Shown here one piece after another: positions 11,201 through 24,246 of a stretch of DNA of 64,000 nt; position 1 is the first letter of the stretch, and each line of letters opens with the position of its first letter. The DNA is taken from assembly GCA_950097015.1 (NCBI GenBank), contig CATNEN010000039.1, positions 4,402,001 to 4,466,000 of the forward strand, given 5' to 3'. This DNA is from Macrostomum hystrix. Lineage: Eukaryota > Animalia > Platyhelminthes. The notes under the pieces are model-generated. The model was not told where the DNA came from. It searched no databases and was given only the letters and a program-made list of their open reading frames with translations. The translations under genes and the position numbers were made by a program.

Positions 11201-14200
11201 TGGTTGCACCGGCAGCAGTCGTGGTTGAACCTGCAGTAGTCGTGATTACACTCGAAGCAGTCGTGGTTGCACCGGCAGCAGTCTTGGTTGAACCTTCAGC
11301 AGTCGTGATTCCACTCGAAGCAGTCGTGACTTCACCCGCTGAAGTCGTGATTGCACCGGCAGCAGTCGTGGTTGCACCGGCAGCAGTCGTGGTTGCACCA
11401 GCGGCAGTCGTGGTTGCACCGGCAGCAGTCGTGACTTCACCCGCTGAAGTCGTGATTGCACCGGCAGCAGACGTTGTTGCGTCGGCAGCAGTCGTGGTTA
11501 AACCGGCATTAGTCGTGGTTGCACCTGCAGCAGTCGTGGTTGAACCTGCAGCAGTCGTGATTCCACTCGAAGCAGTCTTGGTTGCACCGGCAGCAGTCGT
11601 GACTTCACCCGCTGAAGTCGTGATTGCACCGGCAGCAGACGTGGTTGCACCTGCAGCAGTCGTGGTTAAACCGGCATTAGTCGTGGTTGCACCTGCAGCA
11701 GTCGTGGTTAAACCGGCATTAGTCGTGGTTGCACCTGAAGCAGTCGTGATTCCACTCGAAGCAGTCGTGGTTGCACCGGCAGCAGTCGTGCTTAAAATGG
11801 CATTAGTCGTCGTTGCACCTGCAGCAGTCGTGGTTGAACCTGAAGCAGTCGTGATTCCACTCGAAGCAGTCGTGGTTGCACCGGCAGCAGTCGTGGTTAA
11901 AATGGCATTAGTCGTCGTTGCACCGGCAGCAGTCGTGACTTCACCCACTGAAGTCGTGATTATACCGGCAGCAAACGTGGTTGCACCAGCAGCAGTCGTG
12001 ATTGCACCGGCAGCAGTCGTCACTTCACCCGCTGAAGTCGTGATTGCACCGGCAGCAGACGTGGTTGCACCTGCAACAGTCGTGGTTAAACCGGCATTAG
12101 TCGTGGTTGCACCTGCAGCAGTCGTGGTTGAACCTGAAGCAGTCGTGATTCCACTCGAAGCAGTCGTGGTTGCACCGGCAGCAGTCGTGGTTAAAATGGC
12201 ATTAGTCGTCGTTGCACCTGCAGCAGTCGTGGTTGAACCTGAAGCAGTCGTGATTCCACTCGAAGCAGTCGTGGTTGCACCGGCAGCAGTCGTGGTTGAA
12301 CCTGCAGTAGTCGTGATTACACTCGAAGCAGTCGTGGTTGCACCGGCAGCAGTCTTGGTTGAACCTTCAGCAGTCGTGATTCCACTCGAAGCAGTCGTGA
12401 CTTCACCCGCTGAAGTCGTGATTGCACCGGCAGCAGTCGTGGTTGCACCGGCAGCAGTCGTGGTTGCACCAGCGGCAGTCGTGGTTGCACCGGCAGCAGT
12501 CGTGACTTCACCCGCTGAAGTCGTGATTATACCGGCAGCAAACGTGGTTGCAACAACAGCAGTCGTGATTGCACCGGCAGCAGACGTGGTTGCACCTGCA
12601 GCAGTCGCAGTAAAACCGGCATTAGTCGTGGTTGCACCTGAAGCAGTCGTGGTTGAACCTGCACCAGTCGTGATTCCACTCGAAGCAGTCGTGGTTGCAC
12701 CGGCAGCAGTCGTGGTTGCACCAGCAGCAGTCGTGGTTGCACCGGCAGCAGTCGTGACTTCACCCGCTGATGTCGTGATTGCACCGGCAGCAGTCGTGGT
12801 TGCACCGGCATAAGTTGTGGTTGCACCTGCAGCTGTCGTGGTTGAACCTGCAGCAGTCGTGATTCCACTCGAAGCAGTCGTGGTTGCACCGGCAGCAGTC
12901 GTGGTTGCACCAGCAGCAGTCGTGGTTGCACCGGCAGCAGTCATGGCTTCACCCGCTGAAGTCGTGATTGCACCGGCAGCAGACGTGGTTGCACCTGCAG
13001 CAGTCGTGGTTAAACCGGCATTAGTCGTTGTTGCACCTGCAGCAGTCGTGATTCCACTCGAAGAAGTCGTGGTTGCACCGGCAGCAGTCGTGGTTGAACC
13101 TGCAGCAGTCGTGATTCCACTCAAAGCAGTCGTGGTTGCACCGGCAGCAGTCGTGGTTGCACCAGCAGCAGTCGTGGTTGCACCGGCAGCAGTCATGGCT
13201 TCACCCGCTGAAGTCGTGATTGCACCGGCAGCAGACGTGGTTGCACCTGCAGCAGTCGTGGTTAAACCGGCATTAGTCGTTGTTGCACCTGCAGCAGTCG
13301 TGATCCCACTCAAAGAAGTCGTGGTTGCACCGGCAACAGAGGTGGTTGCACCTGCAGCAGTCGTGGTTAAACCGGCATTTGTCGTGGTTGCACCTGCAGC
13401 AGTCGTGGTTGAACCTGCAGCATTCGTGATTCCACTCGAAGCAGTCTTGGTTGCACCGGAAGCAGTCGTGGTTGCACGAGCAGCAGTCGTGGTTGCACCG
13501 GAAGCAGTCGTGACTTCACCCACTGAAGTCGTGATTATACTGGCAGCAAACGTGGTTGCACCAGCAGCAGTCGTGATTGCACCGGCAGCAGTCGTGACTT
13601 CACCCGCTGAAGTCGTGATTGCACCGGCAGCAGTCGTGGTTGCACCGGCAGCAGTCGTGACTTCGCCCGCTGATGTCGTGATTGCACCGGCAGCAGTCGT
13701 GATTACACCGGAATTTGTCGTGGTTGCACCTGCAGCAGTCGTGGTTGCACCTGCATTAGTCGTAATTGCACCTGCAGCAGTCGTGGTTAAACCTGCAGCA
13801 GTCGTGATTCCACTCGAAGCAGTCGTGGTTGCACCTGCATTAGTCGTAATTGCACCTGCAGCAGTCGTGGTTAAACCTGCAGCAGTCGTGACTTCACCCG
13901 CTGATGTCGTGATTGCACCGGCAGCAGTCGTGGTTGCACCTGCATTAGTCGTAATTGCACCTGCAGCAGTCGTGGTTAAACCTGCAGCAGTCGTGATTCC
14001 ACTCGAAGCAGTCGTGGTTGCACCTGCATTAGTCGTAATTGCACCTGCAGCAGTCGTGGTTAAACCTGCAGCAGTCGTGACTTCACCCGCTGATGTCGTG
14101 ATTGCACCGGCAGCAGTCGTGGTTGCACCGGCATAAGTTGTGGTTGCACCTGCAGCTGTCGTGGTTGAACCTGCAGCAGTCGTGATTCCACTCGAAGCAG

Positions 14201-17200
14201 TCGTGGTTGCACCGGCAGCAGTCGTGGTTGCACCAGCAGCAGTCGTGGTTGCACCGGCAGCAGTCATGGCTTCACCCGCTGAAGTCGTGATTGCACCGGC
14301 AGCAGACGTGGTTGCACCTGCAGCAGTCGTGGTTAAACCGGCATTAGTCGTTGTTGCACCTGCAGCAGTCGTGATTCCACTCGAAGAAGTCGTGGTTGCA
14401 CCGGCAGCAGTCGTGGTTGAACCTGCAGCAGTCGTGATTCCACTCAAAGCAGTCGTGGTTGCACCGGCAGCAGTCGTGGTTGCACCAGCAGCAGTCGTGA
14501 TTGCACCGGCAGCAGTCGTGACTTCACCCGCTGAAGTCGTGATTGCACCGGCAGCAGACATGGTTGCACCTGCAGCAGTCGTGGTTAAACCGGCATTAGT
14601 CGTGGTTGCACCTGCAGCAGTCGTGGTTGAACCTGAAGCAGTCGTGATTCCACTCGAAGCAGTCGTGGTTGCACCGGCAGCAGTCGTGGTTAAAATGGCA
14701 TTAGTCGTCGTTGCACCTGCAGCAGTCGTGGTTGAACCTGAAGCAGTCGTGATTCCACTCGAAGCAGTCGTGGTTGCACCGGCAGCAGTCGTGGTTGAAC
14801 CTGCAGTAGTCGTGATTACACTCGAAGCAGTCGTGGTTGCACCGGCAGCAGTCTTGGTTGAACCTTCAGCAGTCGTGATTCCACTCGAAGCAGTCGTGAC
14901 TTCACCCGCTGAAGTCGTGATTGCACCGGCAGCAGTCGTGGTTGCACCGGCAGCAGTCGTGGTTGCACCAGCGGCAGTCGTGGTTGCACCGGCAGCAGTC
15001 GTGACTTCACCCGCTGAAGTCGTGATTATACCGGCAGCAAACGTGGTTGCAACAACAGCAGTCGTGATTGCACCGGCAGCAGACGTGGTTGCACCTGCAG
15101 CAGTCGCAGTAAAACCGGCATTAGTCGTGGTTGCACCTGAAGCAGTCGTGGTTGAACCTGCACCAGTCGTGATTCCACTCGAAGCAGTCGTGGTTGCACC
15201 GGCAGCAGTCGTGGTTGCACCAGCAGCAGTCGTGGTTGCACCGGCAGCAGTCGTGACTTCACCCGCTGATGTCGTGATTGCACCGGCAGCAGTCGTGGTT
15301 GCACCGGCATAAGTTGTGGTTGCACCTGCAGCTGTCGTGGTTGAACCTGCAGCAGTCGTGATTCCACTCGAAGCAGTCGTGGTTGCACCGGCAGCAGTCG
15401 TGGTTGCACCAGCAGCAGTCGTGGTTGCACCGGCAGCAGTCATGGCTTCACCCGCTGAAGTCGTGATTGCACCGGCAGCAGACGTGGTTGCACCTGCAGC
15501 AGTCGTGGTTAAACCGGCATTAGTCGTTGTTGCACCTGCAGCAGTCGTGATTCCACTCGAAGAAGTCGTGGTTGCACCGGCAGCAGTCGTGGTTGAACCT
15601 GCAGCAGTCGTGATTCCACTCAAAGCAGTCGTGGTTGCACCGGCAGCAGTCGTGGTTGCACCAGCAGCAGTCGTGGTTGCACCGGCAGCAGTCATGGCTT
15701 CACCCGCTGAAGTCGTGATTGCACCGGCAGCAGACGTGGTTGCACCTGCAGCAGTCGTGGTTAAACCGGCATTAGTCGTTGTTGCACCTGCAGCAGTCGT
15801 GATCCCACTCAAAGAAGTCGTGGTTGCACCGGCAACAGAGGTGGTTGCACCTGCAGCAGTCGTGGTTAAACCGGCATTTGTCGTGGTTGCACCTGCAGCA
15901 GTCGTGGTTGAACCTGCAGCATTCGTGATTCCACTCGAAGCAGTCTTGGTTGCACCGGAAGCAGTCGTGGTTGCACGAGCAGCAGTCGTGGTTGCACCGG
16001 AAGCAGTCGTGACTTCACCCACTGAAGTCGTGATTATACTGGCAGCAAACGTGGTTGCACCAGCAGCAGTCGTGATTGCACCGGCAGCAGTCGTGACTTC
16101 ACCCGCTGAAGTCGTGATTGCACCGGCAGCAGTCGTGGTTGCACCGGCAGCAGTCGTGACTTCGCCCGCTGATGTCGTGATTGCACCGGCAGCAGTCGTG
16201 ATTACACCGGAATTTGTCGTGGTTGCACCTGCAGCAGTCGTGGTTGCACCTGCATTAGTCGTAATTGCACCTGCAGCAGTCGTGGTTAAACCTGCAGCAG
16301 TCGTGATTCCACTCGAAGCAGTCGTGGTTGCACCTGCATTAGTCGTAATTGCACCTGCAGCAGTCGTGGTTAAACCTGCAGCAGTCGTGACTTCACCCGC
16401 TGATGTCGTGATTGCACCGGCAGCAGTCGTGGTTGCACCTGCATTAGTCGTAATTGCACCTGCAGCAGTCGTGGTTAAACCTGCAGCAGTCGTGATTCCA
16501 CTCGAAGCAGTCGTGGTTGCACCTGCATTAGTCGTAATTGCACCTGCAGCAGTCGTGGTTAAACCTGCAGCAGTCGTGACTTCACCCGCTGATGTCGTGA
16601 TTGCACCGGCAGCAGTCGTGGTTGCACCGGCATAAGTTGTGGTTGCACCTGCAGCTGTCGTGGTTGAACCTGCAGCAGTCGTGATTCCACTCGAAGCAGT
16701 CGTGGTTGCACCGGCAGCAGTCGTGGTTGCACCAGCAGCAGTCGTGGTTGCACCGGCAGCAGTCATGGCTTCACCCGCTGAAGTCGTGATTGCACCGGCA
16801 GCAGACGTGGTTGCACCTGCAGCAGTCGTGGTTAAACCGGCATTAGTCGTTGTTGCACCTGCAGCAGTCGTGATTCCACTCGAAGAAGTCGTGGTTGCAC
16901 CGGCAGCAGTCGTGGTTGAACCTGCAGCAGTCGTGATTCCACTCAAAGCAGTCGTGGTTGCACCGGCAGCAGTCGTGGTTGCACCAGCAGCAGTCGTGAT
17001 TGCACCGGCAGCAGTCGTGACTTCACCCGCTGAAGTCGTGATTGCACCGGCAGCAGACATGGTTGCACCTGCAGCAGTCGTGGTTAAACCGGCATTAGTC
17101 GTTGTTGCACCTGCAGCAGTCGTGATTCCACTCGAAGAAGTCGTGGTTGCACCGGCAGCAGTCGTGGTTGAACCTGCAGCAGTCGTGATTCCACTCGAAG

Positions 17201-20200
17201 CAGTCGTGGTTGCACCGGCAGCAGTCGTGGTTGCACCAGCAGCAGTCGTGGTTGTACCGGCAGCAGTCATGGCTTCACCCGCTGAAGTCGTGATTGCACC
17301 GGCAGCAGACGTGGTTACACCTGCAGCAGTCGTGGTTAAACCGGCATTAGTCGTGGTTGCACCTGCAGCAGTCGTGGTTGAACCTGCAGCAGTCGTGATT
17401 CCACTCGAAGCAGTCGTGGTTGCACCGGCAGCAGTCGTGGTTGCACCAGCGGCAGTCGTGGTTGCACCGGCAGCAGTCGTGACTTCACCCGCTGAAGTCG
17501 TGATTATACCAGCAGCAAACGTGGTTGCAACAACAGCAGTCGTGATTGCACCGGCAGCAGTCGTGACTTCACCCGCTGAAGTCGTGATTGCACCGGCAGC
17601 AGACGTGGTTGCACCGGCAGCAGTCGTGGTTAAACCGGCATTAGTCGTGGTTGCACCTGCAGCAGTCGTGGATAAACCGGCATTAGTCGTGGTTGCACCT
17701 GCAGCAGTCGTGGTTGAACCTGAAGCAGTCGTGATTCCACTCGAAGCAGTCGTGGTTGCACCGGCAGCAGTCGTGGTTAAACCGGCATTAGTCGTGGTTG
17801 CACCTGCAGCAGTCGTGGTTGAACCTGAAGCAGTCGTGATTCCACTCGAAGCAGTCGTGGTTGCACCGGCAGCAGTCGTGGTTGAACCTGCAGTAGTCGT
17901 GATTCCACTCGAAGCAGTCGTGGTTGCACCGGCAGCAGTCGTGGTTAAAATGGCATTAGTCGTCGTTGCACCTGCAGCAGTCGTGGTTGAACCTGAAGCA
18001 GTCGTGATTCCACTCGAAGCAGTCGTGGTTGCACCGGCAGCAGTCGTGGTTGCACCGGCAGCAGTCGTGGTTGCACCGGCAGCAGTCGTGGTTGAACCTG
18101 CAGTAGTCGTGATTACACTCGAAGCAGTCGTGGTTGCACCGGCAGCAGTCTTGGTTGAACCTTCAGCAGTCGTGATTCCACTCGAAGCAGTCGTGACTTC
18201 ACCCGCTGAAGTCGTGATTGCACCGGCAGCAGTCGTGATTCCACTCAAAGAAGTCGTGGTTGCACCGGCAACAGAGGTGGTTGCACCTGCAGCAGTCGTG
18301 GTTAAACCGGCATTTGTCGTGGTTGCACCTGCAGCAGTCGTGGTTGAACCTGCAGCATTCGTGATTCCACTCGAAGCAGTCTTGGTTGCACCGGAAGCAG
18401 TCGTGGTTGCACGAGCAGCAGTCGTGGTTGCACCGGAAGCAGTCGTGACTTCACCCACTGAAGTCGTGATTATACCGGCAGCAAACGTGGTTGCACCAGC
18501 AGCAGTCGTGATTGCACCGGCAGCAGTCGTGACTTCACCCGCTGAAGTCGTGATTGCACCGGCAGCAGTCGTGACTTCGCCCGCTGATGTCGTGATTGCA
18601 CCGGCAGCAGTCGTGATTACACTGGAATTTGTCGTGGTTGCACCTGCAGCAGTCGTGGTTGCACCTGCATTAGTCGTGGTTGCACCAGCAGCAGTCATGA
18701 TTCCACTCGAAGCAGTCGTGGTTGCACCGGCAGCAGTCGTGGTTGAACCTGCAGCAGCCGTGATTCCACTCGAAGCAGTCGTGGTTGCACCGGCAGCAGT
18801 CGTGGTTGCACCAGCAGCAGTCGTGGTTGCACCGGCAGCAGTCGTGACTTCACCCGCTGATGTCGTGATTGCACCGGCAGCAGTCGTGGTTGCACCGGCA
18901 TAAGTTGTGGTTGCACCTGCAGCTGTCGTGGTTGAACCTGCAGCAGTCGTGATTCCACTCGAAGCAGTCGTGGTTGCACCGGCAGCAGTCGTGGTTGCAC
19001 CAGCAGCAGTCGTGGTTGCACCGGCAGCAGTCATGGCTTCACCCGCTGAAGTCGTGATTGCACCGGCAGCAGACGTGGTTGCACCTGCAGCAGTCGTGGT
19101 TAATCCGGCATTAGTCGTTGTTGCACCTGCAGCAGTCGTGATTCCACTCGAAGAAGTCGTGGTTGCACCGGCAGCAGTCGTGGTTGAACCTGCAGCAGTC
19201 GTGATTCCACTCAAAGCAGTCGTGGTTGCACCGGCAGCAGTCGTGGTTGCACCAGCAGCAGTCGTGGTTGCACCGGCAGCAGTCATGGCTTCACCCGCTG
19301 AAGTCGTGATTGCACCGGCAGCAGACGTGGTTGCACCTGCAGCAGTCGTGGTTAAACCGGCATTAGTCGTTGTTGCACCTGCAGCAGTCGTGATTCCACT
19401 CAAAGAAGTCGTGGTTGCACCGGCAACAGAGGTGGTTGCACCTGCAGCAGTCGTGGTTAAACCGGCATTTGTCGTGGTTGCACCTGCAGCAGTCGTGGTT
19501 GAACCTGCAGCATTCGTGATTCCACTCGAAGCAGTCTTGGTTGCACCGGAAGCAGTCGTGGTTGCACGAGCAGCAGTCGTGGTTGCACCGGAAGCAGTCG
19601 TGACTTCACCCACTGAAGTCGTGATTATACCGGCAGCAAACGTGGTTGCACCAGCAGCAGTCGTGATTGCACCGGCAGCAGTCGTGGTTGCACCGGCAGC
19701 AGTCGTGACTTCGCCCGCTGATGTCGTGATTGCACCGGCAGCAGTCGTGATTACACCGGAATTTGTCGTGGTTGCACCTGCAGCAGTCGTGGTTGCACCT
19801 GCATTAGTCGTAATTGCACCTGCAGCAGTCGTGGTTAAACCTGCAGCAGTCGTGATTCCACTCGAAGCAGTCGTGGTTGCACCTGCATTAGTCGTAATTG
19901 CACCTGCAGCAGTCGTGGTTAAACCTGCAGCAGTCGTGATTCCACTCGAAGCAGTCGTGGTTGCACCTGCATTAGTCGTGGTTGCACCTGCAGCAGTCGT
20001 GGTTGCACTTGCAGCAGTCGTGATTCCACTCGAAGCAGTCGTACTTGCACGAGCAGCATTTGTAGTTGTATCCGCAGCAGTCGTGATTTCAGCCGCTGAT
20101 GTCGTGATTGCACGAGCAGCATTTGTAGTTGTATCCGCAGCAGTCGAGACTTCACCCGCTGATGTCGTGGTTGCACCGGCAGCAGTCCTGGTTGCACCGG

Positions 20201-23200
20201 CAGCAGTCGTGGTTGTACCCACAACAGTCGTAGTTAAAACTGCGGCAGTCGTGATTTTATCCGCATCAGTTTTGGTTGCACTCGCTGTAGTCGTGGTTGC
20301 AGCTGCAGCAGTCGTTGTTATTGGAATGCAATCAGTTTTGTCTGCGTTTGGTGTACACTCAAAAACTTCGTGCGACCTGTACCATCCAGCTGGGAAGACC
20401 TGATAAGAGCGTAGCTTTTCAGTGATGGTAGTTTCGCATCCGATTTCGGTCAATATAAACTGTGAGCTAATATTTTTGCCTGCATTCATATAAGCTTTCA
20501 GCATTTGACACTTCTCTGTAGGAGGACAAAAAATTAAAGCTGCGGTCGTTGAATTTATGTTACGTTCACCCTTGTCACTATTGTGCTTGAAGTACAGGCA
20601 TTCTACTAGATTATCGGTCATTTTTAATAAACTCTCTTTATTGCAGTCATCACCGGTGCAGTCTTTGCAATATTTCGAATCCTCCGTTGCGTGACAGGCG
20701 CCGCAACCATATTCCAGTCTCTGAAAAGAGTTTCCGCTTGCAAAATGAAGCTTCACGAATTGGAATTTATAAGCTAATTACATTACTTTTACTTCATTCA
20801 GTCGCTTACCACTTCGCCGCGTAGAGAATACACCGCTTTACACTTGGTGACATTGATGCTACAATGGGTAGAATTATTGTCATTCTTATACGTAGCAACA
20901 GATTGTTTTCCAATCGCCGAGATACATCGCCGAGTTGCACCCGGAGCAGTCGTGGTTGTTCCCGCAGCAGTCGTGGTTGCATCGGCATTAGTCGTGGTTG
21001 CACCGGCAGCAGTCGTGATTCCACTCGAAGAAGTCGTGGTTGCACCGGCAGCAGTCGTGGTTAAACCTGCAGCAGTCGTGGTTGCACCGGCAGCAGTCAT
21101 GATTCCACTCGAAGCAGTTGTGCTTGCACCGGCAACATTTGTAGTTGTATCCGCAGCAGTCGTGACTACACCCGCTGATGTCGTGATTGCACCGGCAGCA
21201 GTCGTGATTCCACTCGAAGCAGTCGTGGTTGCACTTGCAGCAGTCGTGGTTGCACCGGCATTAGTCGTGGTTGCACTTGCAGCAGTCGTGGTTACACCGG
21301 TAGCAGTCGTCGTTGCACCTACAGCAGTCGTGGTTGCACCGGCATTAGTCGTGGTTGCACCTGCAGAAGTCGTGGTGAAGCCGGCATTAGTCGTGGTTGC
21401 ACTTGCAGCAGTCGTGGTTACACCTGCAGCTGTCGTCGTTGCACCTGCAGCAGTCGTGATTCCACTCGAAGCAGTCGTACTTGCACGAGCAGCATTTGTA
21501 GTTGTATCCGCAGCAGTCGTGATTTCAGCCGCTGATGTCGTGATTGCACGAGCAGCATTTGTAGTTGTATCCGCAGCAGTCGAGACTTCACCCGCTGATG
21601 TCGTGGTTGCACCGGCAGCAGTCCTGGTTGCACCGGCAGCAGTCGTGGTTGTACCCACAACAGTCGTAGTTAAAACTGCGGCAGTCGTGATTTTATCCGC
21701 ATCAGTTTTGGTTGCACTCGCTGTAGTCGTGGTTGCAGCTGCAGCAGTCGTTGTTATTGGAATGCAATCAGTTTTGTCTGCGTTTGGTGTACACTCAAAA
21801 ACTTCGTGCGACCTGTACCATCCAGCTGGGAAGACCTGATAAGAGCGTAGCTTTTCAGTGATGGTAGTTTCGCATCCGATTTCGGTCAATATAAACTGTG
21901 AGCTAATATTTTTGCCTGCATTCATATAAGCTTTCAGCATTTGACACTTCTCTGTAGGAGGACAAAAAATTAAAGCTGCGGTCGTTGAACTTATGTTACG
22001 TTCACCCTTGTCACTATTGTGCTTGAAGTACAGGCATTCTACTAGATTATCGGTCATTTTTAATAAACTCTCTTTATTGCAGTCATCACCAGTGCAGTCT
22101 TTGCAATATTTCGAATCCTCCGTTGCGTGACAGGCGCCGCAACCATATTCCAGTCTCTGAAAAGAGTTTCCGCTTGCAAAATGAAGCTTCACGAATTGGA
22201 ATTTATAAGCTAATTACATTACTTTTACTTCATTCAGTCGCTTACCACTTCGCCGCGTAGAGAATACACCGCTTTACACTTGGTGACATTGATGCTACAA
22301 TGGGTAGAATTATTGTCATTCTTATACGTAGCAACAGATTGTTTTCCAATCGCCGAGATACATCGCCGAGTTGCACCCGGAGCAGTCGTGGTTGTTCCCG
22401 CAGCAGTCGTGGTTGCACCGGCATTAGTCGTGGTTGCACTGGCAGCAGTCGTGATTCCACTCGAAGAAGTCGTGGTTGCACCGGCAGCAGTCGTGGTTAA
22501 ACCTGCAGCAGTCGTGGTTGCACCGGCATTAGTCGTGGTTGCACTGGCAGCAGTCGTGGTTGCACCGGCAGCAGTCGTGGTTGTACCCACAACAGTCGTA
22601 GTTAAAACTGCGGCAGTCGTGATTTTATCCGCATCAGTTTTGGTTGCACTCGCTGTAGTCGTGGTTGCAGCTGCAGCAGTCGTTGTTATTGGAATGCAAT
22701 CAGTTTTGTCTGCGTTTGGTGTACACTCAAAAACTTCGTGCGACCTGTACCATCCAGCTGGGAAGGCCTGATAAGAGCGTAGCTTTTCAGTGATGGTAGT
22801 TTCGCATCCGATTTCGGTCAATATAAACTGTGAGCTAATATTTTTGCCTGCATTCATATAAGCTTTCAGCATTTGACACTTCTCTGTAGGAGGACAAAAA
22901 ATTAAAGCTGCGGTCGTTGAATTTATGTTACGTTCACCCTTGTCACTATTGTGCTTGAAGTACAGGCATTCTACTAGATTATCGGTCATTTTTAATAAAC
23001 TCTCTTTATTGCAGTCATCACCGGTGCAGTCTTTGCAATATTTCGAATCCTCCGTTGCGTGACAGGCGCCGCAACCATATTCCAGTCTCTGAAAAGAGTT
23101 TCCGCTTGCAAAATGAAGCTTCACGAATTGGAATTTATAAGCTAATTACATTACTTTTACTTCATTCAGTCGCTTACCACTTCGCCGCGTAGAGAATACA

Positions 23201-23360
23201 CCGCTTTACACTTGGTGACATTGATGCTACAATGGGTAGAATTATTGTCATTCTTATACGTAGCAACAGATTGTTTTCCAATCGCCGAGATACATTTAAT
23301 ACATTCAGTTAGCTGAATGCCTCCAAGTGCAAGTAACACGCCAACAGTAGCCAGCTTCAT
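5272..23360 (-). CDS. Giant secreted mucin-like protein, about 5,910 aa, with four tandem [three-finger/Ly6-like domain + 6-Cys domain + Thr/Ala stalk] modules
   Basis: Exons (minus strand): 23360-23178, 23088-22246, 22156-20810, 20720-6081 (14,640 nt) and 5991-5272. They are joined by four 89-nt phase-0 GTAAGC...TTTTCAG introns (23177-23089, 22245-22157, 20809-20721, 6080-5992). Splicing gives a signal peptide MKLATVGVLLALGGIQLTEC and restores an 8-Cys domain ending CKDCTGDDCN (three-finger-like). Many N-X-S/T sequons. The splice model is inferred from sequence only. Confidence 0.85.
6200..20320 (-). repeat. Coding 21-bp tandem repeat (heptapeptide GATTTAA and variants), roughly 670 units, with higher-order duplications
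   Basis: Plus-strand unit gcagcagtcgtggttgcaccg. The minus frame is open throughout. Identical antisense ORFs at 12817 and 15316 show a 2,499-bp period. Confidence 0.95.
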
Positions 23361-24139
23361 AATCGTTTTGATTGCCAGCTTCGATTCCGAATGGCCCAGT
23401 TAGATTTGGTCGAGAAGCTGGCAGTTGGCAGTTGATTTGCAGTCAATTATTGATCTGTTTTTCAACGGCTGGGTAGAATCGGCTGAAATGCTTTTTCGAT
23501 CGTTGTCGGTTGTTGAATTTTATTCTTCTTTTCGGGCCGCTGCCCCTTCTAAATGCTGCTGAAAATGCAGGTCCGAGCCGGCCCAGTCTATGGCAGCGCT
23601 GGCTGACGCAGGGGCACCCGCCTTTTGTCTATGTCGAATTTCACCTCTTCTTTGCTTTTTGCCTGCTCGACTTTTCTGATATTAGCTTTTCGGTTTGTAC
23701 TATTAGAAAACTTTCTAGCTTATAGGAGTTTCTCTCTACACATTTTTTCGTTCAATTTCAAACAAACGCTCATTCAATTTCAGCAAGCTTGCAATCAAAT
23801 TCACCAATCTATTTTTAGCCAGTCAGACCAGCATCCAAATTAGGCAACCTCGCATTCGACTTCAACAAAAGACGTTCATTTTCAGCAAAGTGCACTCAAT
23901 TTCAACCGGTCACATTTTTCTTGTATTGTCTATGGCAAAAATTTGTCGCAGCGTGTGAAAAGAGTCATTCGATTTCAACAATTTGCACTCAAATTTAACA
24001 TTTTCATTGTTATTAAACAGAACTGAGCAGTTGCACAAACTGTTTACTGTTAACAAACAATCCGAGTTAGCTTTGAAAACTTGAGACGAAAAGGAAAGAA
24101 TCGATCATTGCCTCATTTTTACTCAGTCGGCACTATTCT

Positions 24140-24246
24140 AATCTCCGTTGATTACCATTTCAGACAGGCATCTTGGCACAAAGCTGAAGCAGTGGTTGTA
24201 CCACAATCCGTGTGCTGTTCAAACACGGATTGAACAGCACAGGATT
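24140..24246 (-). mobile_element. C-terminal remnant of the same Tc1-like transposase family
   Basis: Minus frame reads WYNHCFSFVPRCLSEMVINGD*, matching the remnants at 2208 and about 3650. Confidence 0.65.

Noticed and set aside
6200-20320. Antifreeze glycoprotein homology
   Set aside because: Fish antifreeze glycoproteins are (Ala-Ala-Thr)n tripeptide repeats. This is a Gly-containing heptad, so the similarity is only compositional.
5252-22771. Long plus-strand Val/Ala/Pro ORFs (up to 1,391 aa) and short minus-strand VQPRLL ORFs
   Set aside because: Antisense or alternate-frame shadows of the 21-bp coding repeat. They break wherever the real frame has Tyr, and they have no domains.
5272-23124. 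Four separate tandem genes or an operon starting at MKLHFASG
   Set aside because: Those starts are GTG codons inside the 89-nt introns. There is no signal peptide and the Cys domain would be cut in half.
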